From positions 1 to 52,197 of IMG/VR virus record IMGVR_UViG_3300032322_000313: a DNA stretch of 52,197 nucleotides. One strand, 5' to 3'. Under the pieces are notes generated by a model. The model was not told where the DNA came from. It saw nothing but the letters and a program-made list of their open reading frames with translations, and made no database searches. The translations under genes were made by a program, and so were the position numbers. Positions 47,401 to 52,197 of this stretch are shown piece by piece. Position 1 is the first letter of the stretch. Each line of letters opens with the position of its first letter. The stretch comes from a virus. Its lineage: Duplodnaviria; Caudoviricetes.

Positions 47401-49274
47401 TGATTACCCGCCTCAATCGTCTGCGAGACCGCGTTGCGCGTGATATCCAACTGAGCGATAAGGTCGCTCGCGCCCATACGGTGCGTGTACCACCAGTCAG
47501 AGTTGCGGAACTCCACCATGCGTGAGCGAATATCGTCGAAGGCTTGCCCACCCGAGACAACACCATCGACAAGTTCTGCCATGCTGATGCCGTAATCTTC
47601 CAGAGCAGCGATATTCTCGGGGCCGAATGCCTCCATGAGTTGTGCGGCAACCGCCTCGACACCCATATCTGTTAGCGACTGGCGTGTGAGATCAACTTGA
47701 TCTTTAAGTTCCCCAACGATCTGCTCTGTAGCACGCGATGATGCGCCGAATGCTTCGAACGCGATGGCTGCACCAGCGAGAGCCCAACCGATAGGCCCGA
47801 TGGATGCGAGGAATCCCTTGGCTGCGGCACCCATTGTGCGGAATGCCCCGGCTACGCCAGCGCCAGCGACACGCGCCCCGGCAGCCATACCGCCCATCGT
47901 TGTCGTTGATGCAGCCATAGCCGCGCGGACCTGAGCCGCCATCGTGGTTGCAGAGGTGCCGATCTGACGGAACGACGCGACCATGCGGGTACGTGTACCT
48001 TCGGTGCGCGTGGCAAGCATCGTGAACGATGCCATAACCTTGCCGCTAACCCACAGAATCGGTCCGAGTGCCGCCGCGATAGCACCAGCACCAACGATCA
48101 ACTGCTGCATCGGCTTCGGCAAAGTCAAGAAAGCATCAGTAATAGTCTTGATCGCGTTAGCGAGCACCTGGAATGTTGGTGCCAGATTCTCACCCACGAC
48201 AAGCGCGGCGGTTTCCAGCGACCCCTTCAACTGCTCCAACGTGCCAGCCGTACCCGACATACGGGCATTCGCTAGTTCCTGCGCGGCTCCGAGTTGATTA
48301 GTCCCATCAATGTATGTCTGGATCCCATTGGCACCCTCGTTCATCAGAACGGTTGCAGCGCGAGTCGCATCGGCACCGAACACGGTCGTGAGCGCCTGCA
48401 CCTTCTGAGCCTCGGTCAAGCCGCCGAGTTGCCGTTGCAGGATCGCAGCGATCTCAGTAATGCTCTTGAATGATCCGTCAGCGTTCGTGAAGTTTAGGCC
48501 GAGTTCCTGCATTGCAGTTGCAGCCTCGTTCGTGCTAGGAACAAGTCGCATAAGCATCGTCTTAAGCGATGTGCCAGCGTCAGATCCCTTAATGCCAGCG
48601 GCATCGAACGCGGCAAGCGTGGCGACAGTTTCCTGCAACGACAGGCCAGCGTTAACGGCACCCGGTCCGACCTGTCTGAGCGCAGAGGTCAACGATTCGA
48701 CTGACGCGGTTGATGCGTTTGCGCCACCAGCCAACGCATCAGCGATGAGGGATGCTTGATCTGCCTCTAGTCCGAAGGTTGCCATAGCGTTAGCGACTGT
48801 TACTGCGGCATCGCTGAGTGCCATACCTTCTGTGGCTGCGAGCGCCATTGTCGCAGCGAGTCCACCACCCGTAATCTGTGCAGGGGTGAAGCCTGACTTG
48901 GCGAGATCCACCATCGCGTTAGCGGCTTCGCCTGCCGAGTAAACCGTGTCAGCGCCCATCTGCATCGCATACGCGCCGAGTTGCTGAACCTCGTTAGCGG
49001 CAGCCCCAGAAACCACGCCAAGCGTGTTCATGGAAACTTCGAAATCCTTCTGAGTGTTAATCGCAACAACACCCAAGGCCGCGAGAGGAGCGGTAATACC
49101 CAACGTCATCTTCTTGCCAACATCGGAAACCGTGTTGCCAAGCATTACCATGCGCTGCGAAAGCGCTTCGGTGGAATCCCCTGCCTGCTGGAACGACTGC
49201 TTTAGCGCAGCCATCTTCGCCTGGACGTCGCTAATGTCCGCTGTAAACTTCGCGACAACATTAGCGGCAGCCAC
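44439..49274 (-). CDS. tape measure protein (TP901-like core)
   Basis: 1611 aa, Ala-rich, GIKGSDAGTSLKTML, C-terminal RAMGGPV...LVGERGPELFVP. Confidence 0.92.
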   Translation of the reverse strand: MAAANVVAKFTADISDVQAKMAALKQSFQQAGDSTEALSQRMVMLGNTVSDVGKKMTLGITAPLAALGVVAINTQKDFEVSMNTLGVVSGAAANEVQQLGAYAMQMGADTVYSAGEAANAMVDLAKSGFTPAQITGGGLAATMALAATEGMALSDAAVTVANAMATFGLEADQASLIADALAGGANASTASVESLTSALRQVGPGAVNAGLSLQETVATLAAFDAAGIKGSDAGTSLKTMLMRLVPSTNEAATAMQELGLNFTNADGSFKSITEIAAILQRQLGGLTEAQKVQALTTVFGADATRAATVLMNEGANGIQTYIDGTNQLGAAQELANARMSGTAGTLEQLKGSLETAALVVGENLAPTFQVLANAIKTITDAFLTLPKPMQQLIVGAGAIAAALGPILWVSGKVMASFTMLATRTEGTRTRMVASFRQIGTSATTMAAQVRAAMAASTTTMGGMAAGARVAGAGVAGAFRTMGAAAKGFLASIGPIGWALAGAAIAFEAFGASSRATEQIVGELKDQVDLTRQSLTDMGVEAVAAQLMEAFGPENIAALEDYGISMAELVDGVVSGGQAFDDIRSRMVEFRNSDWWYTHRMGASDLIAQLDITRNAVSQTIEAGNQAAAAREISANRAATAESAMTSATVQSAIAAGNAIGPTQALAGAVNTVTDAAGNAVTQLDFMKQEYDSWLVTTGQISAVDAAAEAIDNLGAASVEFGSNLMGQTPKARDFRAAVVDAFEQSAQAAQSLSDDIPTQRAIFTGELIKIVASLRASGIKPKDIEAFLGSMEDLPASVSDIMRSAAKAVGDTNFKTEVEKAFDKSVKAGAPMTADAMERLATGASNAAKEQLGLTLEPQLAGIIKSGTTALRPTAFNNGQLTGKSIGSGLANGIQASSPIVQAAVARVIAQAKAAADAAAESQSPSRLFARTGDDMVRGVAMGWLRMSPTLIRAITSIIPKAKGESRKLAKGMAEAFATSLRESGGSVAAAINEIFGSIPTKTPLEAQLGVKGAEKFIKDNKQALAALLELGQAIDRINEKVQYAGEAFTSLGALVARPFGRQSQISEMFGSEADIDSVIDGFLTLQSQVKQAYSVLTDASIVGAKAAARNRKEMQATIGELRKLTQQAVQLREQYDTVMQELETLEQDYQKSIADTNAFYDAAEKKAEENIKAIEDRWAAAIPGLEAALKNATAAFDKENAVLQRLITQRDEFVGQIKSGFRSFVNSLTFQSRSASKQIVRETKRLADGITVTLERELEVGGGPAAIRQTLEERLAAVRDFSRNIKTLMQRGLDPSLVQDFVSAGVSGAGEAAAALAAGSQEDITAINSVQTQLLSEAENFGKYASAQWHDAAIAQQQAIVTPLEVARDAAQKALDDANALRDKELAAARAQLDKLRTERQAALTLIDTEYNKKKSELETKAADLQAQMDAVAAQIEEKILTMLNTTATRSAEAGVKAGEKLLEGFQKKYPAVYKKLNTLMDQLAASLTRTATVTVQTVYQAVMPVTPPPAAKIPKRAMGGPVAARTAYLVGERGPELFVPGFNGNIIPNNQLGTVPAMGARGGGAAGTVINVTVNAGMGTNGDDVGRQIVDSLRRYERRNGPIPVKVTG

Positions 49275-49277
49275 AGG

Positions 49278-49822
49278 TTACCTACCCTTCTTTGCCTTCT
49301 TCGCGGCTTGCTCTTGCTCCCAAACCCGAAGATGCTCCAACGCGATCCATTCCGTTAACTCTGCGGAAGTGAGAGGACGGTGGCCTGGACTGCCGTAAAG
49401 GAGTTCATCCACCGTCCTCCCCAACCTCTGCGCTAGTTCGAAGATGAATCGTCTTTCTGCGACTTGGAGGAATCTTTTCCCGCCGCATCCTGCTCGTCCT
49501 TGCCGATACCGGAGAGGCGAAGCCCCACGTTCGCCAGTCGCTCAACTGCCGCGCTGGACTTAGCGAGGATCGCGTCCTTGTCAGCGGTGGTGAACACGGG
49601 CTCGTTGCTGTCGGGGTCGTAGGTGCATGACACGACAACGTCGGGGTACACGATGCTCATATTGACCTGCTGTGTGGTCTGGTCGAAAGCGTTCTGCATC
49701 AGAGTGATGCGGTCGCCTGCGCTCATTCCACGAACGAGAACATCAACGCCCCACTCAGGGATATTCACAACCTCGGTCGGGATATCCTGTGCGGCGAAGA
49801 TCTTGTCACGCAGATTAGCCAT
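49278..49822 (-). CDS. tail assembly chaperone G-T (-1 frameshift product)
   Basis: GGGAAAA at 49481-49475. The -1 frame continues RFLQVAERRFIFELAQRLGRTVDELL...EWIALE...KKGR* up to the TMP start. Confidence 0.8.
49433..49822 (-). CDS. tail assembly chaperone G
   Basis: LRDKIFAAQD...IPEWGVDVLVRGMS, between tail tube and TMP. Confidence 0.85.
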   Translation of the reverse strand: MANLRDKIFAAQDIPTEVVNIPEWGVDVLVRGMSAGDRITLMQNAFDQTTQQVNMSIVYPDVVVSCTYDPDSNEPVFTTADKDAILAKSSAAVERLANVGLRLSGIGKDEQDAAGKDSSKSQKDDSSSN

Positions 49823-49879
49823 TACCGTTACTCCTTTGATTGGTCCACATGGGAACGTGGAAAGTTACTGAACCGTTTG

Positions 49880-50308
49880 TCAGAACGTTGTTCCGGTAAC
49901 GCCACCCGTGACCTGCAACTCAAGCGAGTAGGTGACAACATCACCAACGGGGCTGGAAACCTCGTAGGAAGTGATGAGCGCCTCACCCGTGAACTTGGGT
50001 TGAGCGGAAGCGGAACCAGCGGGGCCGTACTCGAAAGAGAGCGACGACACGGAACCGGACTTCAGGTTCGTGATGTTACCCGCGATCTGGGAATCGACGG
50101 TCGCGTCGAACATGCCAGAGAGCGAGATCGTGGCGTCACCGAGTCCGGTGATGTACGTCTTGTCGTTCTGCCCGAACGCGGTGGTCTCCGCAGTCTCAAT
50201 CTCGCGCGGCATCGAAATCTCGTTCAGCGTATTGCTAATGTTAACGAGTGATGCGGCGGTGCCGTCGAGGGCGAAGTACGCGTTCTTGCCATGCTTGAAG
50301 GTAGGCAC
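49880..50308 (-). CDS. major tail (tube) protein
   Basis: MPTFKHGK...ETAETTAFG..DKTYITGL...YEVSSPVGDVV. Confidence 0.85.
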   Translation of the reverse strand: MPTFKHGKNAYFALDGTAASLVNISNTLNEISMPREIETAETTAFGQNDKTYITGLGDATISLSGMFDATVDSQIAGNITNLKSGSVSSLSFEYGPAGSASAQPKFTGEALITSYEVSSPVGDVVTYSLELQVTGGVTGTTF

Positions 50309-50310
50309 AG

Positions 50311-51030
50311 TTATCTCCTTGCTGCCGAAACGTGGTAGGTGATGGAGCCGGACGATCCGGCGAGGGAATGCGTCGCACGGAGATACTGATTCACCGTGCC
50401 CGTGCTGGTGATGCTTTCCCCAACCGTCGTGCTTGCACTAACGGCGGAGAACGTGACGAGATCAACCCACGTTGCGTTATCAGCGGAGTGCTGAACCTTA
50501 ACCGTGGATGCGCCGTCACGAGTATTGGCAGTAACGTGCAGGTTGAATAGTCCACCGTTACTGGTTGCGGAGCCATCGTTGATCCCGGTGAGGGATGCCG
50601 ACGTTCCGGTGTTTGTCAGAGGGTTAAGGGCGCGGCCCGAGTAAAGGCCACCATCAGCCTGCACCTCGGCGCTAATGGCAACAACGTCACCGACAGGGGA
50701 GGAAACCTCGTACGAGGTCAACTGTCCGTTAGCGATAATGCTGCGTGCGCCAGCGGTGGCACCCTCAGGAAGCACCGTGAAAGTGTTATCCTCCTGGCCG
50801 ATAGCCCCGGTCAGCACATCATTCGATGCGTTAGCGGTGCCGTCGAAGAGGCCGCTCGTTGAGATCGTGCCATCACCCAGACCCGTAATGTATGTCTTGT
50901 CGTCATCCGCGAACGTTGTCGTCTCTGCGGTTTCGATTTCCTGCGTCTGTGTGGCCTCGTTAAGGAACGGGGACATATCGGTGCCGTTCATGAGAACGAC
51001 CGTGCGCTTACCGTGACGGAATGTGGGCAT
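50311..51030 (-). CDS. tail tube paralog with C-terminal extension
   Basis: MPTFRHGK...ETAETTTF..DKTYITGL...YEVSSPVGDVV plus ~100 aa (VKVQHSADNATWVDL). Confidence 0.8.
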   Translation of the reverse strand: MPTFRHGKRTVVLMNGTDMSPFLNEATQTQEIETAETTTFADDDKTYITGLGDGTISTSGLFDGTANASNDVLTGAIGQEDNTFTVLPEGATAGARSIIANGQLTSYEVSSPVGDVVAISAEVQADGGLYSGRALNPLTNTGTSASLTGINDGSATSNGGLFNLHVTANTRDGASTVKVQHSADNATWVDLVTFSAVSASTTVGESITSTGTVNQYLRATHSLAGSSGSITYHVSAARR

Positions 51031-51239
51031 CACTTGCCTCCCTTGCCAGGAGACTTAGGCTCACGCGCAGCAGTTGTCTGTGGCGTTACCGCATCGGCGG
51101 TAGCGTTATCGGTGGGTTCGATGATGTTCTGCGCAAGAAGCCACGACACGCTCTTGCTTGGAAGATCGTTAACGATTGCGCCAGCCTCGGCACGCTTCCC
51201 CTCGTATTCGATACCGACGAGGATCTTGTATGAAGCCAT
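51030..51239 (-). CDS. small hypothetical virion-module protein
   Basis: AAGGAG RBS, first ORF of the minus-strand operon. Confidence 0.65.
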   Translation of the reverse strand: MASYKILVGIEYEGKRAEAGAIVNDLPSKSVSWLLAQNIIEPTDNATADAVTPQTTAAREPKSPGKGGK

Positions 51240-51557
51240 TCCGCTCCTTGGACGCGCGGCAACCCCGGCATCCCTGGGGCCACGCGAGCCACGGCGAGAG
51301 CGGGGTCACGGGTGGACACGTTGCTGAGATCATCATACCGGATAGACAGACTCTCAGGCGGTGGGATTTCCGCTGGTATTTCCCTATGGGGTTCGCCCTA
51401 AAGCTCGTTCTACGTCTGTCTATCTGCCGTCATCTTGGATCGTGGTGGTCGGCGCGGTCGGCATCTCAGCCATAGATTAACGCTTTGTAACAACTCGATA
51501 ACACAACGCCGAAATGCAGCCTCAGGATGCGGGTCGCTGTAGATTCATCTACATAAC

Positions 51558-51775
51558 TTCACAGCGGATCGGGGCACCGCCCCGGGCGAAGGCGGGGGAC
51601 GATCCCCCCGCGCGCGACCCGGCAAGCCTGTGAACCAGCCCGATCCGAACCGCTTTGGGCCACCCGGAAGGGACCTACCGCGAGACTAACCAGCCGACGG
51701 CGATCACCGCATTCTGCGCCAGAACCGTTGGAGGGGACAATGCGCGGCAAGACGAGCCGCAGTAACCCAAGGTGC
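51558..51775 (+). ncRNA. candidate structured ncRNA / early-operon leader
   Basis: No convincing ORF. Multiple complementary segments, including crossing helices ttcacag/ctgtgaa and cggatcggg/cccgatccg. Confidence 0.5.
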
Positions 51776-51788
51776 AACAAACTTCCCA

Positions 51789-51866
51789 GTCGAAACCCTG
51801 CCGTTATTTAACGTGTAACGGTAGGGTCCGCAGGAATCGCCGTCCTGCGCTGATGAGACAGGCGTA
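51789..51866 (+). ncRNA. Type II hammerhead ribozyme HH4
   Basis: gtc-GAAA-ccctgccgtta(9 nt)taacggtaggg-TC-cgcagga(atcgccg)tcctgcg-CTGATGA-gac. Tail ggcg pairs with loop cgcc. Cleavage after C51828. Confidence 0.95.
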
Positions 51867-51883
51867 CGAAAGGGGAGCCAATC

Positions 51884-52078
51884 ATGAAGTACCGAGTGAC
51901 ATTTACTGCCGAAGGTTGGAAGCGGAACATTCAGCGCGACATTCTGTGCAGCGATCCTCGCACAGCGCGCGACACCGTTACTGGCCTTAATCCTGGCTGC
52001 ATCATCGTGAGCGTCCGCAAGATCAAGGAGCGCGGCATTCCTCGTGAGCATCTTGCCGAGGCTGCCGCCAACTGGTAA
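51884..52078 (+). CDS. hypothetical early protein
   Basis: CGAAAGGGGAG RBS, flanked by HH4 and HH5. Confidence 0.7.
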   Translation: MKYRVTFTAEGWKRNIQRDILCSDPRTARDTVTGLNPGCIIVSVRKIKERGIPREHLAEAAANW

Positions 52079-52081
52079 CGA

Positions 52082-52142
52082 GTCGAAACCCCGCGATGGG
52101 GTCGCACGGACATAGCCGCCCGTGCCTGATGAGACAGGCTAA
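52082..52142 (+). ncRNA. Type II hammerhead ribozyme HH5
   Basis: gtc-GAAA-cccc(gcgat)gggg-TC-gcacgg(acatagccgc)ccgtgc-CTGATGA-gac. Tail ggcta pairs with loop tagcc. Cleavage after C52103. Confidence 0.95.
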
Positions 52143-52156
52143 CGAAAGGGAAGAAC

Positions 52157-52197
52157 ATGCGATCAAAGCGAGACAGCCAACGCAGCAAGGTGTACGC
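52157..52197 (+). CDS. 5' end of the TIGR04338-like metallohydrolase (continues at base 1)
   Basis: MRSKRDSQRSKVYA with CGAAAGGGAAG RBS. Confidence 0.75.
   Translation, partial: MRSKRDSQRSKVY

Noticed and set aside
51558-51650. Leader pseudoknot as an HDV-like ribozyme
   Set aside because: The insert between P2 and P1' is too long for P3/L3 and there is no P1.1 or J4/2 pattern.
1-52197. tRNA or tmRNA genes
   Set aside because: No cloverleaf with T-arm and acceptor stem was noticed in the intergenic gaps by eye. A tRNAscan-SE/ARAGORN run would confirm.

Overview
The window looks like an essentially complete, circularly permuted ~52 kb tailed (siphovirus-like) phage genome. The host is probably an actinobacterium (WhiB, TIGR04338-like, MSMEG_6728-like and DUF732-like genes, leaderless-type promoters). 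One ORF runs in frame from the window end (52157) into the start (to 529). The + arm (~51.9 kb through the junction to 16.4 kb) holds small early genes, DUF932, recombination and replication genes (Rad52/Sak, Cas4-like nuclease, replication initiator with iterons, RusA, HNH, SSB), a ParB-like plus TAGT/GREB1-like glycosyltransferase pair, terminase and an RmlB-like dehydratase. The - arm (51.2 kb to 16.4 kb) holds a rearranged virion operon (tail, then lysis, then portal/head, then head-tail completion) interleaved with sugar-modifying genes. No integrase, CRISPR or tRNA was seen. The standout feature is five type II hammerhead ribozymes with covarying loop-I/3'-tail pseudoknots. Each cleaves 53-55 nt upstream of an early-gene start codon and abuts a conserved CGAAAGGG-type RBS, so the early transcript is punctuated by 'ribozyme + RBS' cassettes. 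The array is preceded by a ~230-nt highly structured leader and followed by a hairpin whose loop is complementary to that same RBS motif. All protein calls rest on motif recognition by eye, not database searches.
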